From positions 1 to 62,754 of the IMG/VR virus record IMGVR_UViG_3300020472_000024: 62,754 nt of DNA; one strand, 5' to 3'. Under the pieces are notes generated by a model. That model made no database searches and was not told the origin of the DNA. It saw only the letters and a program-made list of their open reading frames with translations. Origin of the DNA: a virus. Its lineage: Duplodnaviria > Caudoviricetes. Position numbers and translations under genes: made by a program. Shown piece after piece: positions 35,807 to 44,454 of the stretch (positions are counted from its first letter, which is position 1; every line of letters begins with the position of its first letter).

Positions 35807-37957
35807 TTAGTCTGTCTGTATTATAGTGATATTGTTTTGACTTTCACTACTACCTACATCAAGGTGTTGTGCCTCTTTGTCTTGTAATATTTGTATGTCT
35901 GCTTCGTTTGCTGTTTCAGTTTTAACATATGATCTATGATTATCATTGTATCTATTAATTATAGTGTAATCACCTGAAGTTGAGGCAGTTGCGTCATAAT
36001 CATTATTTAATGTAGAGTATCTACCAGTTCTAGTTTCTGAAGATGAACCTGTAAGTTCATTTGTTGTAGTAATAGTTTGTGTAATTTCTCCAGTAGCGTA
36101 ATTTAATTCTTCACCACTAGCAGTTATTTCTGTTTCAGCAGCAGAATTATCTACCCATTCAGTACCACAAGATGAGTTTGCTTTATCCCAATAGTATCCA
36201 TAGTATTCACAATCCCATTGATTATCTACATCTGCTAACCATTGTTCTAGTTCAGCGTCTATATCGTAATCATCTTCGTAAGCATATTCATCTTCCCAAC
36301 TATCTTCCGCTTGTTCTTCTTCCCAACCTGCATACCACCAGTCATTTACTTTTGTCCAATAGATATCCCAATCGTCCCAAGTCCATTCTGAAATATACTT
36401 GTCTTTTAAATCTTTTATCTTCCAAGGTTTAGGTTGATCGGCACACATTTCCCAATCAGGATATGTTCCACACCAACCATAATATTTACCAAATAATTTT
36501 TTTGCTTCTTTAGTCCAAGAATCATAAGTTACTTTTAACTTCCAGTCATCTGCGTACCATTCATTTACCCAATCTAAATATTCCTGATTACACCAAGATA
36601 AATCATAACCATTATATTCACAATAGTTAGCAACCGTTAGTTCAGGTGGACCACCGTTATTATTATATTCTGCATTACTATAATAAGCGTCATCCATTGC
36701 AAAGTCTTCCCAAGTATAACCTGTCATACCTGCTTCTGTTTCATCTTTTGTTTCTTCAACTACGTCAACTGATTCTGTTTCTACATTCCAAGATGATAGA
36801 CCATACTTCTCTAGTGTTTCATTATATGCCTCATCATAAGCATCCCAATCAACTTCATCCCAATTTACTTCATCCCAATTAATAGTATCCCAAGTACAAT
36901 CTGAACAACCGATGGCGTCAAAGTATGCTTGATCCATTTCTGCATACATACTCTTTGCGTCATCCCAATCCATTTTCTTTTCACCATCAGCATCCCATAC
37001 TGATATTTCATTATTTTCATCTATAATATCCCACTCTTTTAAATCATCTTCCCATTGATCGTAATAAGAAGTATCAACTTCTGTTTCTACCGTTGCGTCT
37101 AAACCTTTTTCTTCTTTAGATTCTGTTTCAATCATTGAATCTGCTTCACTAACTGACATATCAGTAGCAACAATTGTATTATTATCTTCTACAACTGATA
37201 CATCTTCATTAATTAATGCCTCTTCCATATCTTGTGCCTTAGATTCTTCTTTAGACATTTCAGATTTTTTATCTATATCACCGAAAGATTTTGATGTATC
37301 TTCTTTAATTTCTTTTTCAAAATCTTCTAGTTCTATAATGTCTGATTTATTTGTTTCAATTTTAGGAGGTGTAGGTGTTAAATCGTTTGATGTAACTGAA
37401 ACTGAATTATAAACATTTGTAATTGTTTGAGAACCTGCTTCTGTTGATACCGTTACCTGTCCTACTGCACCATCACTATCTGGTAATAAAGTTATTGTTG
37501 CAACACCTGAAGTTTCTACCGTTGCTGAGAAAGCAGTACCTTGTACCGTTACCGTGGCAAATCCAGCATTAATATTTACCTCACCACCTAAATTAGATAC
37601 TGAACCTGATTCATAGGTAAAAGAACCTACATTAACGGTGACATTCATTGCTAATTCTATTGGTACTTTACTTGTATCAAAAGCAAATTGGTCAATTGAT
37701 TTTTCTGTATTAGGTCCCATTGTAAACTTTGTGCCATCTACATAACTTAATATCATACCACCATCTTCACCAGTTTGAAGAAAGTCTTTCATCTGCAACT
37801 CATAACCCATTATAACTTTTTCTGTTTGACCATCTCTTTCGTTATAAGTTGACCCCATTTGACCTGTAATTTCGCCAACTTTAGGACCTGTGATTTGAGA
37901 AAAAACACTAGTACAGAAAAGTACCAGAAATGATACTATGAAATAAAGACTTCTCAT
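35807..37957 (-). CDS. secreted FecR-domain protein with long acidic Trp-rich C-terminal region
   Basis: Signal peptide; FecR pattern D.LQTG.DG...L.Y.DGT...MGPNT...AT.TVQGTAF; D/E/W/Y-rich tail ending NNITIIQTD. Confidence 0.82.
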   Translation of the reverse strand: MRSLYFIVSFLVLFCTSVFSQITGPKVGEITGQMGSTYNERDGQTEKVIMGYELQMKDFLQTGEDGGMILSYVDGTKFTMGPNTEKSIDQFAFDTSKVPIELAMNVTVNVGSFTYESGSVSNLGGEVNINAGFATVTVQGTAFSATVETSGVATITLLPDSDGAVGQVTVSTEAGSQTITNVYNSVSVTSNDLTPTPPKIETNKSDIIELEDFEKEIKEDTSKSFGDIDKKSEMSKEESKAQDMEEALINEDVSVVEDNNTIVATDMSVSEADSMIETESKEEKGLDATVETEVDTSYYDQWEDDLKEWDIIDENNEISVWDADGEKKMDWDDAKSMYAEMDQAYFDAIGCSDCTWDTINWDEVNWDEVDWDAYDEAYNETLEKYGLSSWNVETESVDVVEETKDETEAGMTGYTWEDFAMDDAYYSNAEYNNNGGPPELTVANYCEYNGYDLSWCNQEYLDWVNEWYADDWKLKVTYDSWTKEAKKLFGKYYGWCGTYPDWEMCADQPKPWKIKDLKDKYISEWTWDDWDIYWTKVNDWWYAGWEEEQAEDSWEDEYAYEDDYDIDAELEQWLADVDNQWDCEYYGYYWDKANSSCGTEWVDNSAAETEITASGEELNYATGEITQTITTTNELTGSSSETRTGRYSTLNNDYDATASTSGDYTIINRYNDNHRSYVKTETANEADIQILQDKEAQHLDVGSSESQNNITIIQTD
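36841..36892 (-). repeat. 15-nt coding tandem repeat (W-D-x-V/I-N/D pentapeptides)
   Basis: Protein WDTINWDEVNWDEVDWD; repeated catcccaat/tatcccaag units. Confidence 0.7.
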
Positions 37958-37958
37958 T

Positions 37959-39047
37959 TTAACAACCTGAATTAGTTAACTGAACGGTTGTGTCTGCTGT
38001 TTGATCGTTTCTATTAAATGAATATGTGCAAGTATCAGAACCATCTTGGTCAACTAATAATGTATAATCATAAATTGAATCACCATTGACCGTTAGATGA
38101 GCAGTATTTGAACCGTTTAATTGTATTAACTCTACAATTGCACCACTTGTGTACAAGTAAACTTGAGCATTATTATTTCCACCATTTCCATAATATCTTA
38201 ATGTGTTACTATTACCACTTGTAACCGTTTTCATATAATTATTATCACCATACTGAACCATTCTTACGTGTGATCCAACTGCGTCTGGATGAACATCTAA
38301 AATATTTGAATCACCTATGACATCGTGGACTTGATAATTGTCAGCACCGTGGCTGGACATATGTACTTGATTTGAAGAACCAATTATATAAACATCTATT
38401 GTAGCACCTTCATCACCAGTTGTATCTGCAAATTGACCGTGACCTTCTACATTAGGACCAATCATCACATTTGCTTTACTAGCACCTACCATACCACTTG
38501 AATTAGTATTACCATAAAACTCTACATCATTTGAATTACCTGACATAAGAACATATAAGAAGTGTGAATCACCTCTAACATATGCCCAAAAATCATTTGA
38601 GTCTCCTCTTATATCTAAATCTATATGAGTATCTTGTATGTCATCACTTGTATGACCACTAATATCTACTATGTTTGAAGAACCTGTAACATCTATATCG
38701 TAATAATGACCATCAGCGTCTGTATCGCCTAAATCTAATCTTAATTTATTTGAATTACCTGTAGCAGTATAATCAAAGGTCATATTAGAACCTTTAAATT
38801 TCATATCGCCAGAGTCATCTGTTTCGTTTGAGTTACCTATTTGTTTAACTATGATAGTTAAATTGGGACCATCAATTACGAAAGGTGCTGATGTAGATAT
38901 ACCAAACTTATTTGTAGCACCGTCTTGTTTTATATAGACGGATCCTAATTTGTTTTGATTGTCTTGTTGGATATAAACGGAGTTACCAGCGAAAGTATTA
39001 CTTAATGTCGCTAGAAGAATCACTATCGCTATCATTATCTGTTTCAT
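37959..39047 (-). CDS. curlin-like (CsgA/CsgB-type) beta-solenoid repeat protein
   Basis: Signal peptide; many (Q/x)-x-G-x-x-N arcs with alternating hydrophobics (YIKQDGATN, VKQIGNSN, DVTGSSN, VQYGDNN); follows csgG. Confidence 0.75.
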   Translation of the reverse strand: MKQIMIAIVILLATLSNTFAGNSVYIQQDNQNKLGSVYIKQDGATNKFGISTSAPFVIDGPNLTIIVKQIGNSNETDDSGDMKFKGSNMTFDYTATGNSNKLRLDLGDTDADGHYYDIDVTGSSNIVDISGHTSDDIQDTHIDLDIRGDSNDFWAYVRGDSHFLYVLMSGNSNDVEFYGNTNSSGMVGASKANVMIGPNVEGHGQFADTTGDEGATIDVYIIGSSNQVHMSSHGADNYQVHDVIGDSNILDVHPDAVGSHVRMVQYGDNNYMKTVTSGNSNTLRYYGNGGNNNAQVYLYTSGAIVELIQLNGSNTAHLTVNGDSIYDYTLLVDQDGSDTCTYSFNRNDQTADTTVQLTNSGC

Positions 39048-40008
39048 CAGCATTCTCCTCCTGTTTTAATTCTTCTTTTAATTTTGCTTCTTCTTTAATT
39101 TGTTGTTTACGTTCTTCTTTTGCTCTTTCTTTTTCATCAATATAATCTTGGTAAGTCTTTTCTACTTTTTCTTCACCAATATCAACCGTAATATCAGTAT
39201 CAACATAGTCTTTTATTTCTGGTACTTCTACTTCTTTGATAGGTTCAAATTCCCATAGACCTTTGTCAACACCTAAATTGATAACATCAACTACACCTTT
39301 TTCAATTGCTTTTCTAACTGCAAGTGTAACTGGTTCGTTTCTAGCATAACCAGCTTCTACTTCAACTAACATTGTATCAGTATCAAAGTATTTAAATATG
39401 TCTGATCCTGTTGATGTAGAAAAAATAGTTTTCTCAACCGTTGTTGATAGTACAACTTCACCAGTCTGTACATTAATAACTCTTAATATAATAGTTACTA
39501 TGTCTTGTCTAAATTGTTTGTTTGCCTGAATACCTAATACTCTAGCACCAAAACCACCTGATTTAATATCTGAATCATAACCTACAATACCACCTGTGAT
39601 ATATGCACCAGCAAATAATAGTGGTGGTAAAGGTTCTGCACCCTCACCATTTACTTGTTGTCTTGTTGATCTAATTAATTTTCTTTCTTGTAATAAACTT
39701 GGAAGACTTGTTCTCTCTACAACTCTAAACCATTCACCATTACCTGCGTCTGCAAGTGCTTTAATTAATAATTGATATGATCCTTGAGTTACTGCCGTAC
39801 TCATTGACGCAAAAGAACCACCTGGTTTCTTTTGTCCTGTCATATCTATGAAATCGTAAACTGCAATTATAATAGGTTCACCTTTAGGTGATTCTATATT
39901 TGATAAATCTTTATAAGCAACCGTTTGTGTTCTTACATCAAACTTTGCTTTTCCAGCACAACCTACTAACAAAAAAGAAAGTAGGAATATTGATATGTAT
40001 TTTAACAT
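38998..40008 (-). CDS. csgG: curli secretion channel CsgG
   Basis: Lipobox LVGC; AVYDF.D.TGQ.KP, STAVTQG, WF.VVER..L..LLQER.LIR, GGIVGYDS, GYARNEPV. Confidence 0.93.
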   Translation of the reverse strand: MLKYISIFLLSFLLVGCAGKAKFDVRTQTVAYKDLSNIESPKGEPIIIAVYDFIDMTGQKKPGGSFASMSTAVTQGSYQLLIKALADAGNGEWFRVVERTSLPSLLQERKLIRSTRQQVNGEGAEPLPPLLFAGAYITGGIVGYDSDIKSGGFGARVLGIQANKQFRQDIVTIILRVINVQTGEVVLSTTVEKTIFSTSTGSDIFKYFDTDTMLVEVEAGYARNEPVTLAVRKAIEKGVVDVINLGVDKGLWEFEPIKEVEVPEIKDYVDTDITVDIGEEKVEKTYQDYIDEKERAKEERKQQIKEEAKLKEELKQEENADETDNDSDSDSSSDIK

Positions 40009-40475
40009 TACGTATTGTCCTCTTTAGGCATTGTAAATGTCGTTACGGTTCCGTCTGTTTCTGTAACGGTTACGGTTACATTACCTGTACCTGAAGGTGT
40101 TGCCCAAGTAACTACTTCACCACCTACTGGTGATGTAAATGTACCAGAGTCTTGTTGTAGACCATCAGTACCAAATACGTTATCTGTAATTTGTTTTGCA
40201 AGGGCAGTATAAAATCTTGCCTCTATATTTGACTTAAACTTAGCAATTGCTGTGTTTTTTGCTTCTGTTTCTGCTTTTTCTTTAGCAGCTTTTTCTGCTG
40301 CCTTGATAGCGTCTTTTCTAGTCTTCTCTATATTCTCAATTGTTAGATAGTGTGATGATTTTCCGTTACCAGAAAACGATGGACTACCAAACTTAAAGGT
40401 AAGTTCACTACCTTTTACTGATTGGATTGATAAAACTACTAAAATTGTTGCTAATGCTAGTGATAATTTTCCCAT
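40008..40475 (-). CDS. csgF: curli assembly component CsgF
   Basis: Signal peptide then SELTFKFGSPSFSGNG (CsgF N-terminal F..P.F.G motif); C-terminal VTETDGTVTTF. Confidence 0.88.
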   Translation of the reverse strand: MGKLSLALATILVVLSIQSVKGSELTFKFGSPSFSGNGKSSHYLTIENIEKTRKDAIKAAEKAAKEKAETEAKNTAIAKFKSNIEARFYTALAKQITDNVFGTDGLQQDSGTFTSPVGGEVVTWATPSGTGNVTVTVTETDGTVTTFTMPKEDNT

Positions 40476-40496
40476 AAATTTCTCTCTTTACAGGTA

Positions 40497-40504
40497 TATT
40501 TATA
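40497..40504 (-). promoter_or_regulatory. T4-type late promoter upstream of csgF
   Basis: TATAAATA 21 nt upstream of the csgF ATG. Confidence 0.75.
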
Positions 40505-40508
40505 AGAT

Positions 40509-40682
40509 TTACTTACTGAATTTGTCTGTTAATTTGTTGATTAGTTCAAAAGCGACTTTAATTTTTTCTTCTAAAACCTTAATTCGGTAATGTGCCTGCG
40601 CTAAGGTGACTATTAGTAATATAAATGCCACAAATATCGGCCATAATCTACTCAACATCAATACTGCGTCTGAAGCTTCCAT
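40509..40682 (-). CDS. small membrane protein (57 aa)
   Basis: Hand-translated MEASDAVLMLSRLWPIFVAFILLIVTLA... Confidence 0.6.
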   Translation of the reverse strand: MEASDAVLMLSRLWPIFVAFILLIVTLAQAHYRIKVLEEKIKVAFELINKLTDKFSK

Positions 40683-40687
40683 AATTA

Positions 40688-41152
40688 TTATTCGTATACT
40701 TTTTTTCTCTCGTATGCCTGCTCGTGTCTACCTGTAATCTCTAGTATTTCCCACTCGCCATTTTCTAATACTCTTACTTTTGCATTTACTTTATCACAAG
40801 TCATATTGTAAACACCGTCTTTAGTTTCACTTTCTTTATATTTTCTTTCTGCCTCTCTTTTATTTTTAAGGCAGTCCATTAAGTTTTCACTTGCAACGTG
40901 GTCAACTAGTTTTCTTTGTCCATCTTCTCCTAGTTCAAAGATACATACTGCAAATACAACACCGTCTTCAGGTGTAGATTCTGAAGTCTTGTGTTCTTCT
41001 TTCATAAAAGTTTTATGTGTATGTTTCTTTTCAATAGGACATACTTGGTGACCGTCATCGCCACAACCTGTGCAATCTGCAAATACAATACTAACACCAC
41101 CTATTAATATAATAAGTGAAAGTAATCCTGCTAATAGTAATCTTCCTTGCAT
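40688..41152 (-). CDS. secreted Cys-rich hypothetical protein
   Basis: Signal peptide; CTGC..HQVC; NLMDCLKNKREAER...TC motif. Confidence 0.7.
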   Translation of the reverse strand: MQGRLLLAGLLSLIILIGGVSIVFADCTGCGDDGHQVCPIEKKHTHKTFMKEEHKTSESTPEDGVVFAVCIFELGEDGQRKLVDHVASENLMDCLKNKREAERKYKESETKDGVYNMTCDKVNAKVRVLENGEWEILEITGRHEQAYERKKVYE

Positions 41153-41457
41153 TAGTTTAATATTTTAAGTAATCTTATTCCGTATTTTGCTTGTTTGTCT
41201 TCTTGTAATAATGCTTTTACTTGTTTACAAGCAAATATAACTCTTTCGCCACCTACTTCTCTACTTGCTACTCTTTTAGATTTTAGGCATTGACTTATAT
41301 TTTCTTTGTAAACCCATTCAATTAATTTTCCGTTAAGTGTTAGTGTCAAAGCAATGACACCATCTTTTTCATACTTTTCACCACCAGTATATAATTTAGC
41401 TGCAAATACGCTAGTTGTAAATAATAATAAAAATAATATACTAGTTAATTTTTTCAT
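41152..41457 (-). CDS. secreted hypothetical protein
   Basis: Signal peptide; NISQCLKSKRVASR...AC motif, paralogous to its neighbour. Confidence 0.7.
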   Translation of the reverse strand: MKKLTSILFLLLFTTSVFAAKLYTGGEKYEKDGVIALTLTLNGKLIEWVYKENISQCLKSKRVASREVGGERVIFACKQVKALLQEDKQAKYGIRLLKILN

Positions 41458-41912
41458 TGTGTTGTTTTCCCATTTTGATATATAATATTTCTATTACTAT
41501 CCTTTAATTTCTCAACATCATCTCTAAGGATTTTTACATCCTCTTGTAATCTTTTGATGTTAACGCCATTGTTCATCATATCTTCCATACTCTTTTGTAT
41601 TGCTTCCACCTGACCAGCAATGTGCTCAATCAACATAAATTGCTCCGAGTCAGCAGGTAGTGATCCCATTTCTCCACGAGGCCACTTAATTCTAAATTCT
41701 GTATTCTTTTCTAAATCAGCACCTATTGTTTCTATTGCCTGATTTAAGTCTTTTTCTGCAAGTGTGCTTTTAGTTTCTAACATTGTTATACGCTCTAGCA
41801 CTCCGAAATATGCCCATACACCAACGGCAACAGCAGCAACTATGGAAATCAAGTTCCTCATAGGCATACTGATAGCAGTATTGTCTGATATATCTAATCT
41901 ATTGTTTGCCAT
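41454..41912 (-). CDS. membrane-anchored coiled-coil protein
   Basis: TM near N-terminus; FRIKWPRGEMGSLPADSEQFML motif. Confidence 0.7.
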   Translation of the reverse strand: MANNRLDISDNTAISMPMRNLISIVAAVAVGVWAYFGVLERITMLETKSTLAEKDLNQAIETIGADLEKNTEFRIKWPRGEMGSLPADSEQFMLIEHIAGQVEAIQKSMEDMMNNGVNIKRLQEDVKILRDDVEKLKDSNRNIIYQNGKTTQ

Positions 41913-42291
41913 TATCTAATTCCTTTTTCTCTGGTTCATAATATTCCTTATATTTATCAAGCAAATCATTCGTTATTTTTAATTGATTACGAATTTGTGC
42001 AAAGTTCTTTGCTAATAGTTCAAAATCTTTATCTGTAAGACCCCATAACACAGGATCAATGCCAGATTCCTCTAGTCTTTTAAACACTTCCTCGGCATTT
42101 TTACTAGTGATAATAATCCACTTTAGATTTTCTAGTTCTAACGCTGTGGGTTTGTTCAGATTGAGTTTTTCTCTCTCAACCTTCTTCTTAAATATCGTTA
42201 GTTCTTTAACACCCGAACAACTAGTAAGGGATGTAATTAGGATTAGCGATACTAGGACACTCCCTATTAATTTCAGACTTTTTTGTAGCAT
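41899..42291 (-). CDS. o-spanin-like lipoprotein
   Basis: Lipobox LTSC; overlaps the 3' end of the i-spanin-like gene. Confidence 0.6.
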   Translation of the reverse strand: MLQKSLKLIGSVLVSLILITSLTSCSGVKELTIFKKKVEREKLNLNKPTALELENLKWIIITSKNAEEVFKRLEESGIDPVLWGLTDKDFELLAKNFAQIRNQLKITNDLLDKYKEYYEPEKKELDNGKQ

Positions 42292-42688
42292 TCTTTTCTT
42301 TTTCAGTTAATTCGGCGCCACTTGCTATTTCAATACATCTTGTTGCTAATGCACTAGCACCGTTTGTTATTCTTTCAATAGATTCTGTTTTAGCAATTGC
42401 AAGTTTACCAACATCTCTATTCTTTTTGTTAAACCTTTTATCTAAATCGTCAAGGTCTTTTTTAAGTACACTTACTAACTCATTCATTTTTTGATTAGCA
42501 GCAAGTATATCTTTGAAATCGTTTTTTTGTTGTGTGATAAGTTCTTGTTGATCTGAAATTGCTTCTTCCATTTTCACAGCATTTGCTTTTAAAATAGCAT
42601 TATCTGATCTCAACTTCATCACATAAACGCCAGCGCCAATTACGGCGCTAGCGAGTATTCCAATAAAAAATAATCTAAATCCTAACAT
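42221..42688 (-). CDS. i-spanin-like protein
   Basis: N-terminal TM, long coiled coil, C-terminal Cys pair. Confidence 0.6.
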   Translation of the reverse strand: MLGFRLFFIGILASAVIGAGVYVMKLRSDNAILKANAVKMEEAISDQQELITQQKNDFKDILAANQKMNELVSVLKKDLDDLDKRFNKKNRDVGKLAIAKTESIERITNGASALATRCIEIASGAELTEKEKNATKKSEINRECPSIANPNYIPY

Positions 42689-42691
42689 ATG

Positions 42692-42853
42692 TTAGTCTTT
42701 CTTCCAAATTGCCCACAGACCCCAAGCGATTGAAGCCCACGCAGCCATTTTAGCAATAGGACTTGCAAATAAAATTATAAGTCCGATTGCAATTAGAGCA
42801 CCACCGTGTAGCGATGATACTTCTTTTGCTCTTGCTTTTACAAAGTTTAACAT
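42692..42853 (-). CDS. small two-TM protein (holin candidate)
   Basis: Hand-translated MLNFVKARAKEVSSLHGGALIAIGLIILFASPIAKMAAWASIAWGLWAIWKKD. Confidence 0.55.
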   Translation of the reverse strand: MLNFVKARAKEVSSLHGGALIAIGLIILFASPIAKMAAWASIAWGLWAIWKKD

Positions 42854-42854
42854 A

Positions 42855-43445
42855 TTAGTTTACTCCTTTTATTTTGGCATTTCTTTTTCTATGCCCATTC
42901 CACGCAACGAAGCCACCTATTCTTAATGACCAATATGCGAGGTAGTTCATAAGATAGAAACCATTAACATTGATATTAATATCTCTAAAGATTTCGTCTG
43001 ATCTTTTTTGAGATATAACACCTAGGGTTTCTTTCTTATTTTTCATTAATAGGGTTTGATACTTATACGCATAATCGTGTACAAGTCCTCCCATTAATAA
43101 CACTCCTACTGGTGAAAAAAACGGATGCAAAAATTTAGGTATGCTTGCACCGTCAAATGTAAACCCAGCAGGTATGACAAATTCTTTATCGTTTAATTTA
43201 TAATTGTAATCTTCAGCAAGTTCCCAATGTCTGACACCGAGTAACCAGAGAAGTATACCTTTCCAGAAACCTTTACCTTTTGTTTTGATAGGTATAGGTC
43301 TTAATACTGGCATTTTTTTAGATGTAAATGTATAACATCTAGGTTTCTTTTTATCAAGTAGATTGATAAGTGATCCTAGTATAACAACTATAATTAATAT
43401 AGTCCACATCCAAAATTTCATTGCTAAACTTATTATTAGTTCCAT
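42855..43445 (-). CDS. DUF1353 family protein
   Basis: IPAGFTFDGASIP, LVHDYAY, D.IF, LRIGG..AW. Confidence 0.8.
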   Translation of the reverse strand: MELIISLAMKFWMWTILIIVVILGSLINLLDKKKPRCYTFTSKKMPVLRPIPIKTKGKGFWKGILLWLLGVRHWELAEDYNYKLNDKEFVIPAGFTFDGASIPKFLHPFFSPVGVLLMGGLVHDYAYKYQTLLMKNKKETLGVISQKRSDEIFRDININVNGFYLMNYLAYWSLRIGGFVAWNGHRKRNAKIKGVN

Positions 43446-43460
43446 ATATTTCTTCCTCTA

Positions 43461-44204
43461 TTATTTATAGAATAGGTGTTCCCCTACATTTAAGAAGGTT
43501 CCACCTTTCCGTAATGCGTCTTTTACTTGTGTTTCGTCTAGTTTAAAACCCAATGATTTCATTTTTGATATAGAATCATTGTGTTCTTTTAAGTTCGTAT
43601 TCAATTCTATTATAACCGTTCTTGCTTTTTGTATGGTTTCTAACCCACCGTTGATAACTCTATGTTCTAAACCATCAACATCCATCTTAATATGATCTGG
43701 TATTATGTTCATTTGTTTACAAAAGGTATCTAACATAACCGTATTAATACCTTGTTTAAATGCAACACTCATACGACTTAAATCAAAATTCTTTTCTTCA
43801 TCAACGGTATGACAAGAACCACCTGGTCCTACATCTCTATTGTTTGCTATATTCAATACAGAAAATCCGTCAAAGTCTAAATTACCAGCACAATAAGCAG
43901 TAATTCTATCACCCATATTATTTAATCTTATATTCTGACATAACAAATTATAATTACTTGCCTCTGGTTCAAACGCATATACTTTAGCATTTCTACTTAC
44001 AGCACTCATAAGAGAATACATACCTACATTTGCCCCTATGTCAATTACAACATCTCCTGATTGCATATTGTCCATCCAAGTTATCGTAATAGGTTCTTTT
44101 TTAAAAATTTTCTTAACTCTACCTGCTGTTTTTTTAGTAGGTGTATAAAATTTTACTTCTTTATTATGATAACTTACACTACCTGTTTCATCAAACTTCA
44201 TCAT
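43461..44204 (-). CDS. FkbM-family methyltransferase
   Basis: IDIGANVGMYSL, YAFEP, IKMDVDGLE. Confidence 0.9.
   Translation of the reverse strand: MMKFDETGSVSYHNKEVKFYTPTKKTAGRVKKIFKKEPITITWMDNMQSGDVVIDIGANVGMYSLMSAVSRNAKVYAFEPEASNYNLLCQNIRLNNMGDRITAYCAGNLDFDGFSVLNIANNRDVGPGGSCHTVDEEKNFDLSRMSVAFKQGINTVMLDTFCKQMNIIPDHIKMDVDGLEHRVINGGLETIQKARTVIIELNTNLKEHNDSISKMKSLGFKLDETQVKDALRKGGTFLNVGEHLFYK
43462..43469 (-). promoter_or_regulatory. T4-type late promoter
   Basis: TATAAATA overlapping a stop codon, upstream of the lysis-like block. Confidence 0.7.
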
Positions 44205-44454
44205 CTGTACTATTCATCTTATCTAATTGCCATTGTTTATATTGTTCGTCAGTTATTTCTTCGCAACCCATTTGAAAACTTTGATATGTCATTCCTAAAG
44301 TTTTAAATGCACCTAATGTTTCTTCCATAATAGGTGGCATTGCTTTTTCACATTGCTCACGTGTATTATAAATTTGTAAATCAGTTCTATAATGGGTAGT
44401 ACAATCTACTTCGCCCATTGACATTATACATAGTAATCCAAATATTCTAAACAT
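44191..44454 (-). CDS. small secreted Cys-containing protein
   Basis: LLC...C...YNTREQC...GC pattern. Confidence 0.6.
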   Translation of the reverse strand: MFRIFGLLCIMSMGEVDCTTHYRTDLQIYNTREQCEKAMPPIMEETLGAFKTLGMTYQSFQMGCEEITDEQYKQWQLDKMNSTDDEV

